The translations under genes and the position numbers were made by a program. From Dicyema japonicum (taxonomy: Eukaryota; Animalia; Dicyemida), in NCBI GenBank assembly GCA_011109175.1, contig RDEW01000001.1:1867635-1931634 (forward strand): a stretch of DNA of 64,000 bases, read 5' to 3'. This document shows, piece by piece, positions 37,110-53,267 of this stretch. Position 1 is the first letter of the stretch. The number at the start of each line of letters is the position of its first letter. Under the pieces are notes generated by a model that was not told the DNA's origin, made no database searches, and saw nothing but the letters and a program-made list of their open reading frames with translations.

Positions 37110-39005
37110 TGTCGCGTGGCTCACCTACGTGAAAAAAAGCCGCAAAATCCCTATCCCTTCTTCATTGAGACGTGGATGGTGTTGTGCATTACTACTTATT
37201 TCCGGCAATGTCCAAGACCGCCATTGATTATTGGTCAAATCAACATAAACGGAATTCGAACAAAGATTATTGAACTTACGATTTTTTCAGTCCAACTCAG
37301 TGGATATCGCTTAATTCAAGAATCAATGCTTACTCATAAAGATTCAACTCCAACGTTTCCTGGATATTACGTGCTCCGGAAAGACCGAAAATTTGTAAGA
37401 CCTGAACCATTGTCCATAATCAGATTAATGTTGTGGACCTTTCAAATTACATATCAAGCTTTATGGACAATGAAGATCCGTTAGAACAACTCACAGTGAA
37501 AATAAACACTCACTCCGAATGACTATAGCAAATGTGTATATCCCTCCAATTTCTTCATGCTATAAAGGCTATTGTCCTAACCTTGAACAGTTCACAAGAT
37601 TGGAAAGTTATAATTTGTGGAGATATGAACGCCAAGAGCCCAATTTGGTACACAAATCAACTATTGGACCAAAGAGATCTATTATATTAGACAACATTGA
37701 CGACTTGGTAATCCTTAACAACAGGAATAAACACACAAGAACTCCTTCAAGAAATGGTGACTCTCCAACCTCACCAGATCTGACTCGCCGCCCCATCAAT
37801 TGCTTCGACTATTACATGGGAGTTATCTACGATTTGCACACAGATCACAATACTATTGAAAATCCTGGGAAAACACAAGATTAAAGTAACTCGCAATACT
37901 TTCATCAACTCTGTGCGAATTGGTTTGAGTACATGATTTTTATTGAAGACTCCCTATCCTCTTTCCGAATAGAGAACTTTTCCTCGATATGGATTTATCA
38001 ATAAAATTTTGCAAGCCCGAAAAAAGTTTATTCCAATGGGGCGATTCAAGACTTTTTCAGATAAATTCGACACAGAAACGAGGGTCCTTATTGTAAGAAG
38101 AAATAGACTAAAGAAAACTATAGATAAAACAACATCCCTGAATACTGAAATTACAGATCTGAATGAGGAAATTACCAAAAGGATCAGAAATAGAAACAAA
38201 AAAATGGGAGGCTGCTTTGATGTCTGTAAACAGACACACAAAGACATCATCCTTATGGAGAACACTACGGAAACTCAAAAATTCCCATACAACATACACT
38301 AGGAATTAATCCTGACACAATTAGGAAATTTTATGTCAGTTTAAGCCACAAACCATATTTGAAACTGGATCATCAACCGAAACACAAGAAAAAATATCCA
38401 TACATCGAATATTTCAAACCACTGGAGGTATTTCATGCAATTAAATACATGAAAAATACAAAATCCAAAGGGGCGGATGACATTTCAATAACTTAATTGA
38501 AACACATAGCAATCGATGCCCTTACTGAGATTTTCAATTACTCAGTGAATAGAAACGAGATTCTTTCATTATGGAACAAATCACTTATACATCCAATACC
38601 TAAAAAGAACAAAGCCTAGACGACCCCCGGAGTTATCGTCCAATATCGATTCTTTGTGGCCTTTCAAGGACATTGGAAAAATTAATCCTCCACAAGATTA
38701 CTCATTTGCTTAATCTTGCAAGTTTCCAACATGGCTTCAGATCGGGATACTTAACTTCAACACATCTAACAAAACTCAGTTCATTTCGGATGGACTCAGC
38801 TACTCAAAACCACATAAAAGAACGGTACTTGTCGCTCTGGATATCGAGAATGCGTTTGATTCGGTACCGAGGAAAACTGACAACAAAAATTTTTGACACC
38901 GATATCCATCCGAAAATCCAGAAACAAAGGAGGACGCACTGACACCGGGATCACTTAATTTGACGATAACTTTTTCCTTTTTCCTGTGTTCCCGGGTTAT
39001 AATAT
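37110..39005 (+). mobile_element. Vingi-like LINE, near full span, decayed, with internal deletions
   Basis: Head remnant GCGTGGCTCAC..GTGA, LLLISGNV(...)PRPPLIIGQININGI, APE, RT start, hairpin GGGATCAC/GTGTTCCC, GGGTTATAAT. Confidence 0.8.
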
Positions 39006-39659
39006 GTCGCGAGCGCGGAGCGCACATAATAATAATAAGAAAATGTGTATAAGAAGTTGTGACATTCCAAATTGTTTTTTGTTGCACACGTGGGGTTATA
39101 AGTATTATGCTTGTTGTGAAGTGGTTTAATAATAATTTTGAAGATTTCTGTTTGATAAATCCTTGATGAAAAAAGAATACGATTATATTGACAGTATTAT
39201 GATCAGGTGAAAGAGTAGATTTATTTCCAATAATTATTCCAACAAAATTTTAGTGAGCAGTGAATAAATCGAATCAGCAAAAAGTTGAATTTAAATGCTA
39301 ACTTTATTGCCGGTTTAGCAGAATAACCGAGAATGGTTTGAAATTGACTGAATAAAAACGACAAAGTGGCGGAGTCAATATCGAGGCAACTGACGAAGAA
39401 ATGCTCCGCTAAGACAGGTCGTTCCCAGGAATCCTCCACTTTCATTTCGAGACTGGTTTGTCCAAGGAAAGAAGAGATCTGGAAGTTATTTTTCATCAAA
39501 GATGGATTAATTCTTACGCCTTTTGGAGCAACGATTCTGAAACTCTGATCTCATAATCTCTGTGTCTCAATATTTTGTCGTATGCAACAGGTGTACATGA
39601 AGTCGTACAATACATCTTATAGATGGAAAGTGTCTCAATAAATTTGTCTTAAAAATAGC

Positions 39660-39855
39660 AGCCGTTAGCATTTAGCTGAAGGATAGTAGAGGGGAGCTAC
39701 GACCGGGGTTTGGCTCCACGTCGTTAACGGAAAGAACAAGGAGACAACGGAAAGAACAAGGAGAAAGTATTAAGCGAAATAGTCGCATAATTATTTGTCG
39801 TCAAATTTGCGCTGAACGCAACCACATCAGTGAACCACATAATGCCACATTAACC
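39660..39855 (-). mobile_element. Vingi-like 5' remnant: ribozyme 3' half, leader, 2A, first APE codons
   Basis: GTGGCATTATGTGGTTCAC, DVEPNPG (39702-39722), TILQLNANG (39661-39687). Confidence 0.8.
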
Positions 39856-40184
39856 TTTATCTTTCCGAAATATGGTTTAAAGGGATGGTGGAGTGTTCTA
39901 ATCTGAAGGTAGGGCTAAAAATCCTGGTTATATAAATTTCATAAACTTAGAAATCGATAGCAGAAAATTACAATTATCGATAAACAGACCAATTAACAAT
40001 TATTAATAACCATGGACTCATACTAACTAATCCTACAGCATACTGCATTTCTCATATTAGACCATGCCATGTCACCAGGTCTACCGCTAATAAACTGTTT
40101 AATGAATAACTAACTCAATTAACAAACAAGGAAATTAGAAAATACTTAACTGATTTGGCAAAAAAACCGGGAATATAAAATAAC

Positions 40185-42342
<2,158 letters not shown>

Positions 42343-43849
42343 GAACGTATCTAAGAAAACGATTAAATCAAATTTTTATTTAACTGGGTTCGATATTTTT
42401 AATATTTATAATTAACTTTTTTATTTATAATAAATTTTACTAATTTGTATACTTTCTCAGGACAAATGAAACAAATTGAGAATGATTTACATTTGAATCC
42501 GGGCCACCTAGTAAGCTACTTTTTCTTTCTCCAGTGATTTTCGGTTTAGAAGCAAAGTGACAATGTACAGTATAAATATCATCAATCGATGGAATTGGCT
42601 CATTAATCTTAAGTAAATTATAAAAATTGATTAAGCTTGATGTGATTATAATTTATTGAACTGCGAACCCCGTTAATTACTACGATAGTATTCTCTCATA
42701 CAACTCAGTGAAGCAAGGACATGGCGACTTATCTCATGGGCGGCTGGTCGTGAGGAATGTCTGAGAATATATCGATTCAAATAGTTACAATTAGTGTTTA
42801 TAATATCGAATTACTGTTTACAAGTTATTAGTTATGACTTTATTGAACAACTAGCATTATCTCCATATTTCAGATGTGATCTCTCGTTCTCTCAAGTGGG
42901 TTAAATAAATAGCAAACTAGAAAAGCATTGGATTGAATTCAGTATTCGATTCCAGTCAGACATAAAAGCTGAATCACTGGTGGATGTGGGCATATCCAGG
43001 ATGATTGAGCAGTAAGAGTATAAAGTATGCATTTAATGTAGTACTCACTAGAATTGTCCTAGTTATTAGAAATCACTTTTTTCTTAGAAGAGTTAACCGA
43101 TCCTTATCCCTTCAACTCATCAGACAGATTATACCTGTATAATCACAGTCCCATTAAATATTCACATGACAATTTTAAAAGTTGGTTATAATGATGAATT
43201 CCTAGTCAATGGGTATCATTAGGGGATTATTTTATTAAGAGAACATTAGAGAATTAATAAGTAATACTTTCCCTGCCTCATTCCAGATTTACTAAAGTTC
43301 CTCTAATTTGGAACAGACAGGATTGGAACTCAATTGAATTAAATTGATTAATCCAATGCATCCACATTGTAAATTTCAGATTTTTGATGTCTCCTGAGTC
43401 CACAAAGGGAGATGAGAGGTTATATCTACCTTTCAAAGATGACAACATTAAGTGTACTAGAGATATGCCATAGTGTAGCTGCTACACTGTAGCAGAACTC
43501 CCCCACCAGCTAGAATTTCAGTCCAATTATCTATCATACTAACTGGGTTACATGTTATAATTCAATAGCCTATCCTATCGATGTGCTAAAATTAAGGCAT
43601 ACAAAGACACGTGGGCTATTGAAACCTTAAACAGTAACATTTGTCAATGCACATTAATAAGATAAATTTTGATCGTTTATGGATGTCTAGGAAATTTGCT
43701 TCCTAAGATATAGACAAGGAACCAAGTTGATTGCTAGGGTCAGACTCCTGGAATGAATCGTGAAATTTTCAAAATTATTGAACGTAGATGGACACGCAGA
43801 CAGAAATCAGTCATCTATTCAGGCGATCTTAGTTTTCTACTTTTGTTAG

Positions 43850-46415
43850 TTAAGTAACCCCGACCTCACCAACTTCTAGAGGCCAGCACTATTACATAAA
43901 ACGTAGCAGATGTTGGTCGCTCCCTTAGATCGGTAATGACATTCAAATAGGTGATTTGTTGTCAACACGTGGATGTTGCAAAAGGGACAGAGGATATTGT
44001 ATGTTGGTAGATATGGGTGGTGCCCACATCGTAGACGAGTCAGGTTTACTCGGACGTCCCTTGGAAAAGAGGATTCTGATTGGTCTATTGGAGGAGGGGG
44101 TCGGTGTAGTATTTTATTGTCTCAGAGTCTTCGGATGCTTGGCGTAGAAACAAAATCGTTTATCTGTTTGAGACAAATCTTGTCATTGGGGCTGGAAAGG
44201 ATGGATGATAGCATTCGAGACAGGTTACTGGTTGTCATAATTTTTCTTTTGTTTTGCGGTTTGATAGAGTGGCAGGAATATTCTAGGCTGTAGGCTTGGG
44301 AGAGGAACTTGAGGGCCCTCATTTCCAGATGGTCTCCAATTGAGAGGATCTTTGATTCCCAATGTAGATGATCAATAGGGATTGATCTGAGACATCCAGT
44401 AATTGTCCTGAGCGCAATGTTTTCTACTTTTTTTAGTTTGTCAATAAGGGCTTGCATAGTTAATAGTTGTTCGAATGAACTGTTTATATATGATAGTTAG
44501 AGCTTCTTTGCTTTGGTCGAAGGAATGACCTGACACAAATATGTTGATCTTGCGAGAGACCTTTGTACATTTCCTCCACATGTTTAGAGAAAGTTAGTAG
44601 TAGGTCATAAATAACTCCAAGTATTTTGGGATGTTTTGTACGGGGAGTGTTTGTCCATGAATTGTTAAAATTGGCTGAAAATTTAGTTGGCGGCGGTTGG
44701 ACGTGAATACAGTGACGGTGGATTTCGATGAAGAAGGGGATAGGTGCCACTCTTCAAGAGTGTTCAAGTGGTTCTGAACATCCTTCGTTGCTTCGTTAAC
44801 GTCCTTGTCTTTAGAGGCAATAATCAGGTCATTCGCATACGATAGAAGTGTCTTTGAATTGGTTGGAATGTCGCTTAGGTGCAAGTTGAATAAGGTAGGT
44901 GACAAAAGGAGCTATGAGGAACTCCATTTGGAAGGAGTCGGTAGTGAAATAGACAGACATAATTTCAGCCCGACAAATTCTTGTTAGCCAATTCTGAAGA
45001 CGTGGAGGAATTCGAAATGCAAAAATTTTGTTACTTAGGACTCGTCTTGATGTTCGATCAAACGCCTTGGTTAGGTCAATCGATGCAAGTATAGGAGGAT
45101 TAGGATTATAATTGTTGAAACCATCAGCGATATGTTGAGTTAGGTTGAAAATCTGGGAAAGGAAGATACTCAGATATTAGTTTGAATACAACACGTTCAA
45201 CAATTTTCGATACTAAAAATAGTAGTGAAAGTGATCTGAAAGATCCCGGATCCGAAGAATCTTTTTTGGTCTTTAGAATTGGGATTATTTTGGATTTTTT
45301 CAATAGTGCAGGAATTCGGCAGTTGATGCTGGACACATAAATTATGTTTGTTATTGTTTTGAGTCCTTGCATTCTCGGGTGCTTTAAGTACAGATTCAAT
45401 CAATCCCTTTGTCAGGAGAGTTTTTTGCGTTTTTGATGAGTTTTTCGACATCAGGCGTACTGATTACAATCGGTTTTCTTGAGGAGTTTGAACTTTTTTC
45501 AATTTGCATGGACGGGAGCATTTGTTCATATCGATGTGACTCACTTTTGCGTAATGTTCCATTATGATATCTGCCTGATAAGTGAAATCACGTGGTGATT
45601 GATTCGTGTCAATACTGGTGGCGTTTTGTTTCGACTGAATTCGACGTAAAGTACCCAAAAAATCCTTTAGTTTTGTTTGGTGGTTAACTTTGGTGATGAA
45701 ATTGTTTCATCGGTCCAATCTCCTCTTGTTGATTAACTCTGTAATTTCACTATTAATGTTGGATAGTTTGGCCGAATAAATTCTTGATTTTTTGAATCGA
45801 CGTCTTGTATGAATCTTTTCGATAATTTCCTTAAAGAAATTGGGATTATAGTCTGCAATGAGTCTTCTTGGAATGTGTTTCTTATCGGCACTGAGGATGA
45901 CCTCGTTAAAAAATTTCAATGCGACGTCAAGCGATTTGAAATTCTCAACGGAAAAGTCGGATAGAAATTTTTCTGTTTCTTCTCGGAATGAATCCCATTT
46001 TGCACAGTCATAATTCGTTATGGTTTTCCGGTCCCCAACAATAGGCGAGAGTAGTTTGATTGACAGAAGAATTGGATTATGGTCCGAGTGTGGATCATGT
46101 ACAATTCTCCAGGATATCGCCGAAGATAGTGATGGAGAACATCATGTAAAGTCAGGAGATGTATTGGAGTGTCAGGGTCTGGAAGCTGTCTGAGTTTGTA
46201 ATTTTCTGTCATTAAGGATAACTAATTGTTCTAGTTGAGAGAGGACCGATCTTTGGGAGCGAAAGCTATACGCCCGCTCAATAGCCACCATCATCCAGTC
46301 CGACTTCCCAGAGGTCATTGAAAAGGTTGACAGGGGAATAATCGTGGTTCTTTTAGTTGCCAGATTGATACTGATATCCAATTTTCTCCACGTGAAGGTG
46401 AACCACATCAAAAAT
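43850..46415 (-). mobile_element. Vingi-like LINE with internal deletion (head joined to late APE), RT and CCHC end
   Basis: ATGTGGTTCACC head at 46408; SPTLFNLHL, YANDL, LRTITGCLRSIPIDHLHWE, CNIHV..HLFEC..DL(W)ERP; hairpin GGCCTC/GAGGTC then GGGGTTA. Confidence 0.85.
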
Positions 46416-46524
46416 TTCGTATTTTAAGAAATAGAAATAAACAAATTATATATTACTTTATTTTATATATTTTAATCAATTAATTTATTTAAATATTTTA
46501 ATTTACCAACTGCTGTTGTGCGTT

Positions 46525-47718
46525 ATGGATAAAATATCGTTCAACGTTAAAACCGCCCCAAGCTCCAAATTGGTTACTTCAAAATTGATCCAAAATATGC
46601 CAGAAGAAAACAATATTGAATATCTCAACGTCTACAGGTATTAATATGCGTCAATTTCAGTTCCAACACAACTCCTAAGCCTGAAAAGCCTCTTGTGATC
46701 AAACCTGATACCTCCAAATCTTTCGATAAGAAGATTCACCAAGCTGTGGAATCACGTGCTGACTTTATCGAACAATGTGCGATAGACGAACTTACCAATG
46801 GAGGAATCGTTCAGCCAAAACCATCCAACAAACGGAAAATCGTCCTGGAACAGTCGGATGATTCAGTTTACATATGTTTTAATTTTCAGGACCCTGAGGA
46901 CCCTGACTATGCAAAGGTCCCTGTTGAAGGGTTTGGACTGGCCATGATCCGCGGAATGGGATGGAAGGAAGGAAAGGGAGTTGGGAAGACTTTCAAATCT
47001 GTGTGCCCCGTTCTCGATGTGGTACAGAGACCCCATTTGATGGGACTGGGGGTGGAGGCTGCCCTCAATAGAGGGGAGTTCTTGCCTGGTGGAACCTGTG
47101 TGATCAAAAAGGGGAATCACAAGGGGCATTACGGAATAGTGGAGTCATTTATTAACGGAACGGTGAGAGTGAAGATTTCCCTCATCGGGAAAGTCGTCAA
47201 TTTGCCTCCCGCCGTCGTGAAAATGATCACGGTGGACCAGTATAACTGCAAAAACGGAAAATTGGAGGAGCAGAAAACTGAACCGAAGAAAGAAGTCGTT
47301 AAACCTGTTCAAGATCAAATGAGTTCTTGGTTGAAGGTAAACCTGCTTGTCCGGTTCATTGACAACTCTTCTCCCCACTACAGGGCTCGGGTTTGTTTAT
47401 TTTTTTATGGAAGGGCATCATAAAAGAGATCACGGGACCCGATATGTGCACTTGTGCTCTCGAGATCGGGTCTTATACTGTGCGAGGTTAGGGTTGTGGT
47501 GATTTTTAGACGTGAGAGAAGATGAGTTGGAGACTGTGTTGCCGCAAAATTCGGATGAACTGGTTTATGTGGTGAAAGGGGAATTCGTTGGAAAGGTGGG
47601 AAGAGTAGTGAAGAAGGACAGATCAAAACATACCGCCATGGTTGAATTGATGGGGAATCTTCAGACTGTGACTTTGAAATATAGTGAGATTTGTTGTACT
47701 GCGCCAAATCCTGTTTAA
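46525..47718 (+). CDS. GPKOW: G-patch and KOW domain splicing factor (GPKOW/Spp2/MOS2)
   Basis: VPVEGFGLAMIRGMGWKEGKGVG G-patch and two KOW motifs; introns 46638-46660 (23), 46866-46889 (24), 47391-47413 (23), 47487-47509 (23). Confidence 0.92.
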
Positions 47719-48599
47719 TTTCGATTAATAAATTTTTCATTATTTTGTAGTGGATACTTGTTGGGTGCATTTAGAAGGGGGTTAATTGTGGACAACTAAT
47801 TAGGAGTATATAGTTCTCATACTCCTCGGCAAAGACAAGTCTTTTTAAGAACTCACTTAAGTCAATTCAGGTGAAAGAAACGCACAGTTCTCTTGCGCTA
47901 TGGCGAGACGATAGAGATATGTTGTCTCGGGGTTGTATTGCAGAAGTTGCGTGTATAGGATGATAGTTAATATGATTATGCGAGTGTTGAAAAAACTTGG
48001 AGAAATGTACTAACTCATTTTCTTCTCAACATTACATAGAGTTAATCAGATGGGGAATCCCGGCAGAAAATTTATTAGATTACAAGAATTCTGACGAAAT
48101 TTAAAAGGTTTGGCATGAGTCATGACTCGATTATTCCCAACCACAATAGTTTGTTAAATACTAAAAAGGAGATTTCAGGATGCAACGTTGGTTTTTCAGA
48201 ATTTACGTAAGAAAAAAGCAGATAACAAAAAATGACAACATAGAAATCGTTTTAAGCAAAATAAAGAATTTATATTTTCGTCAAAAATCGAAACGTTTCA
48301 CTCCTGAATTCTTAGTGTGTGTGGAATTTACGATTAACTAAAGAAACAAAACTATTTACCATTATGTCACTACTTGTGCGATTCGTTCCTTGGACCGCAA
48401 TCTGATGCTTTATTTTCTTCTTCCGTAGCAGCTCGTCTGAGGTGTTGTTCCCTTTCTAACATTCGTTTTGGATGTTTCAAGGTGCAAACATAAACTCTTG
48501 ATCAAAGAAGGAACCTCTCGAAGAAGAATCCTCTCATAAATGAACTTATCTACCTTAAAACTTCCCTAGCTTCGAAACAACGACATGTCCTTTCTTGAG

Positions 48600-48715
48600 A
48601 GCCATCTGGATTCTCGTCCACGGCGGATAGTGTTTCTACAATGTCGGTCTGAGTTCACTTAGTTGGGAACTTTCTCTTCTTCCTTTAAACTTGGGGATCC
48701 TAGGGTAATAATAAA
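48600..48715 (+). mobile_element. Vingi-like 3' end
   Basis: GAGTTCACTTAGTT...GGGGATCCTAGGGTAATAATAA. Confidence 0.6.
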
Positions 48716-49169
48716 GCTTCAGCGAAAACATGGAAAACTGAGCGATCGCTTCTGTGATAGGACTAATAGTGCTTTTAAAGTTAAGGTCATACTGTAAGAC
48801 TCTTTCTTGGAGCGAGTCTAATCCCTTGCGGGTATCAATAAATAAGAACAGTTTTTATGTGCGAAACCCAATGCGAATAAATTCTTTCAAAAACTCCCAT
48901 CACACCACTTTCAGTAAAATAAATCGACTTAGGGTCTTAGGTTTTCTGTTTAGAGAGATGTTCATTTTCTTATCGTGAGCGATTTTTGTGCAATATTTTG
49001 AAATCGGAAAAATCCTTTAGGTTGTAGTCATTCTCGAGTAGGTCATTTCTTGAAATGCATTGAATCACCTACAATAGTCTGCGTTGGTCTGATTTTAGTC
49101 AAGGCAGAGATAACTTGAATTCATTTCGAACTCTGGACTTTGTGGCTTTTATTTTAATCTTCAAAACTC

Positions 49170-49480
49170 AGAGATTTATTTATGTGGTCAAATTTGATGT
49201 TGATAACCTTCAGAATGATTCATACATAATCAAACTCGTTGCTAAGACGACCAGTTGAGATTGCCTCGCACAACTTCACGGAGATCATCGATAGTTCAGA
49301 TATCACAGATTGAAGGGAGAGTTATGCTCCTTGTTACGATGTCAATTGTACATAAAGCAAATTTCTTTCCGAAACCAAATGAAACCACATTTGTGGAATA
49401 ACTCCATGAAATGATCTTTTTGGCTTTCTTCTGAGATGGACAGATCACCTGAAATCATGTTAATTAAAAGCACTATCGTA
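49170..49480 (-). mobile_element. Merlin/ISXO2-like transposase fragment
   Basis: VIPQMW...ER, IS.LSMIS and (V)NHSEGY pieces in the expected order. Confidence 0.4.
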
Positions 49481-49869
49481 TCTCCCATTAGTATATAAAT
49501 ACTTAGGATAGCGTTTGCCTCATATTCTCTACAATCCTTTACTTCCATGTTTGATAGAAAGACATTGTTAGAGAGGTGCTAACCACTCAACCGAGAAGAA
49601 TCTTCTAATATTTTTGTAGCCGTAACTTACAAGAACAAGAGGAGTTTTTGAATTTGGATGCTTCTGTTGCAACACTACCGGCAAACTATAGCCCTGTGGA
49701 GTATGCCTCTGTTGCGTGGAGATTCGAGTTATCAGAGTCTAAGCTCCACAGACACAATTCAATATACTATAAACTATTCATATGATGATCCCTCAATCCG
49801 AATTAATGGATAATTTTCTACTGAACTCGAAACAAGTAGTATATCCTTACAATCAATTACTAATAATTT

Positions 49870-50690
49870 ATTAACAAAAAATTTAAATAATAAAGCTTCG
49901 CAGATAGGATTGCGTATGCGATTCCACGTAATACGGCAATCCCGATTCGTTGTCTAACCACGAACTCTTTGTGGGGTTCTTTTTTTCGCTTGCTAGTTTT
50001 CCCTTATTTCTTTCAGAAAGGACGCATTGAGGTATCCTATATCTCCCGACGTTTCTATGGCCACCGATGTGAATCGGTATCGGTCTCTAATGGCGAGTAC
50101 TTCTGGATCTTGGCCAATGATGATGCGTTGACCTCAGATCCAGGTTTCTGAGCTGATCTCAGAAGGAGCAAAGTAAAGAAACTATCCACATAGGTTACAT
50201 CTCAGATCGATGATTTTCCGTGTGAATATGGGAAAAGCGTCATTCCATCCGGCCTCTTGCTATCTTCACTATCCAGTCTAGCAGGTTCCAGTTGAGCTGA
50301 GATGCCTGCTTCTTCGAGGGTTCACAGAATAACATTATTCAATAAGGTGTGATGAGGAGCGACCTACACTCCTTTTGCAAGACAAAGAGATAGTCCTTCT
50401 ATGTCAACTGTTCCTCCACAACGGCATCTGTGTTTATGGTAGACGTCAAGCACCAATCATTGTGCTATTCCGGTTCTCACACAGTCATCATTCATAAGAG
50501 TTCGAAAGAAGCACATGGAAATGCGTGGAGCCATGCACCACTCTCATGTTGTGCAGCAGATACCAATCAGGCAAGCCGGTGTTGGTTCGACTATTGCTTA
50601 AGGCTATCAACGATAGCATTGCAGGAATTGCGTCCCATTTGTTCCGAATCGATGAATGCATTTAATAAAAAATGCAATATCTTTTCCTGA
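49870..50690 (-). mobile_element. CRE-like 3' fragment
   Basis: GAWLHAFPCA..MNDDCVR, KRPDGMTLFPYSHGKS, VAIETSG. Confidence 0.75.
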
Positions 50691-50899
50691 TGTGAAAAGC
50701 CTGTTATTCTACATTAATAAATTCGACAGTGGGTGCTTAAGGTAGTTGGAAGTGAATAAAAATATCCATTCAGACAATCAACTGTGTTCAAAAAACGTAC
50801 GTCGTGCGAATCCCTTTACAGATCCTACATTGCAAATAAATAATAGTAAGAAGAAACCAAAAAAGTTAAAAAGAAAGTGTTAGTTTTCGGATCAAACAG

Positions 50900-51615
50900 C
50901 TTTATTAGGAAACAAAATAAATGTTAAAGAGATCCACCTTTACTTCTATACATGTTGGGCGAATAAAGAAAAATATATTTCATTTTTAAATATGGTATCA
51001 CTTCAAGAAACTGAATTTGTTTTGAATTCAAAGTCCTCAAATCAATGCTATTTATTGGATTTCCAAATTCTGGAACCACAGCGTCCCCGCAAATGAAGTA
51101 GTGATGAACAATTAAAAGACAAATATAAAAATGCAACAGAACTCCGGGACTTTTCATTAAAAAGAATTGAATCATCATGAGATACATGATTAGTCCGTTC
51201 CAAAGATATCGTGGGATTTCAGGATTTAATACTGTAGTAGAAAACAATACTGAACGAGACAACGTAGGTTCATTCAGAAAAGGTTTTGTATTTAAATATG
51301 TTTTAGATGAATTCGAGTTTAATTATCCTAAAATTAAGTCCTCATATTTTAAGAAGATGAATAGGAAAATGGGAGTACATCGCTCAAAATATGATTTGGA
51401 TGTTGGATATATTGTATTTTATTTTTAGTTAGTTAAAATGCTCGCATTCAAAAGGATTATGGGACGAATCCTTCTCTTAGATTAACAAAGTTCGAACATC
51501 TGGAAATCCAGTTACTATTGTTGCAAAAGTGTCTAACAAATTTGTCAATGTGGAAAATAGTGATGGTTCGGTGATGAAAATACATTCAAAAAGACAAGTT
51601 GAATGTAGTCACTAA
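50900..51615 (+). pseudogene. Possible decayed multi-exon gene of unknown identity
   Basis: Coding-like segments separated by 24- and 27-nt GT..AG runs; stops and frameshifts prevent a clean model. Confidence 0.3.
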
Positions 51616-51844
51616 TAACAGTTAAAAATAAAAATTATTACCTTGAAAAAAAATAAGTTAATTTGATTGACATTGACTGACATATTATCTTTGAGTCATC
51701 GGATGCCTCTCGTAGAAACAAAAGCGTGTATCTGTTTCAGACGACTCCGGTCGTTGGGAATGAAAGGGATGGATGATAGAGATAGGTTGTCATAATAATT
51801 TTTCTTTTGGGGTTTGCATAGAGAATGACAGAGATAGTCTAGGC

Positions 51845-53267
51845 CAGTGGTCTCAAACTCAAATCAATCAATGCATAAGAAAGAAATGCAGGGTCAAATA
51901 TCTCATTAATTAGACTACACCATTTTCAGTTCAATTTTGACATTTTTTATATTTATTTTGACTATGCGATATTCTATTTTCACATTTTTTATATTTATTT
52001 TAACAATACACATATTTGACAATGCAATTAACAATATTAATTAACAACTTAATCATGTAATAGAATCCCAAGCGTACAATTTCCATTTATTTTTTCAATA
52101 TTCCTGTCGTATTTTCTCCCGCGTTAGATTTGTTATAGAATAGTCCAAAGCACTTTGTAGTAATTGAGCTCGAAATTCGGTCAGGGTTCTATTTCCTGCT
52201 GCAACACAACATCATTATGGGATTGTTGTGATAAATACGTCTTTATCCCAGTTTTAATAATAGAAAAACAGCCTTCGCATGAATTAAATTGAGGAGAATA
52301 TGGTGCATCAAATCTTCGTATAGTATGTTCTACTCGAATACCTTCAAAAAATTTTTTTTATGGATTGGAGCATTATCCATATAAATAATAAATTCCTCTC
52401 CAGCTAACCTGTCAGATAATGTCGTCATAAAATTGATAAATTTCGATTTTATAGATCCAATGTGTGATTTAATTCTCACAATTGTTCCGTTGTCATCATT
52501 TGCTAAAATAACGTTGAGATTCACCCCTTTGCTTGACCTTACTGGAACTATCGCACGTGATCTTATAGGGATCAGCAGAATTTTTTTAATGTAAAGAGAT
52601 TGAAAATTGTTTCGTCCAAATGCATTTTCTATTTGTATTACGTTGATAATCCAATGCAAATATTTTTCTAAATTTTCCATTCCTGGAAATTGGTTCTCTT
52701 TGTAGGTAATCAATCGGCCATCAAGTCGGTTATATATTGTCGCGATGCAAACTTTATTATTTACCAATTTTCGTATTCCTTCAATTTTATCGATGGATTA
52801 TTCTCAATTTTTTTCAATTATCAAATTCATATTATCATCAGTAAGTTTAATCGCAGCATCCTTTCAACCTCCACGTTTACAAACATCTAATTTCCACTTT
52901 TTACGATGGCTATAGCTGTTGTCCTCTTGACTCCAAGATCTCGAGCAAGCTGTATATAATCGCCATCCTATTCATCCTTATTTATAAGTGCTCTTCTCGT
53001 AGCTTCTGATATTCTTGAATTTTTTCTTGACATAAAATTGGTTCAAGAACAACAAATCAAAAATATAAAATAAATCACAAATCGTATTTGGATCAACTAT
53101 GATAAATAAAGTCAAAATGGATATAAAAAAATGTCAGAATTGAACTGAAAATGGTATAGATTAAATATAATTTTGTTATGTTTCATTATTTTAAAAAGTG
53201 GGTCTTCAATTTTTTAATTGCAAAAAACCAAAAATTGGGTATTTGGTTAAAAGGTTGCCGACCCCTG
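51845..53267. mobile_element. Non-autonomous hAT (Charlie-type) element
   Basis: Termini CAGTGGTCTCAAACTC and (rc) CAGGGGTCGGCAACC; perfect 8-bp TSD GTCTAGGC at 51837-51844 and 53268-53275. Confidence 0.85.
51918..53156 (-). mobile_element. IS630/Tc1-mariner element with decayed transposase, nested in the hAT element
   Basis: ~50-bp TIRs (ACCATTTTCAGTTCAATT..GACATTTTTT), TA flanks, IYMDNAPIHK and GPPYSPQFN motifs, HTH start at ~53033. Confidence 0.85.

Noticed and set aside
42660-43700. Coding-like stretch upstream of SRPK
   Set aside because: Many stops, no recognisable domain and no consistent micro-intron model.
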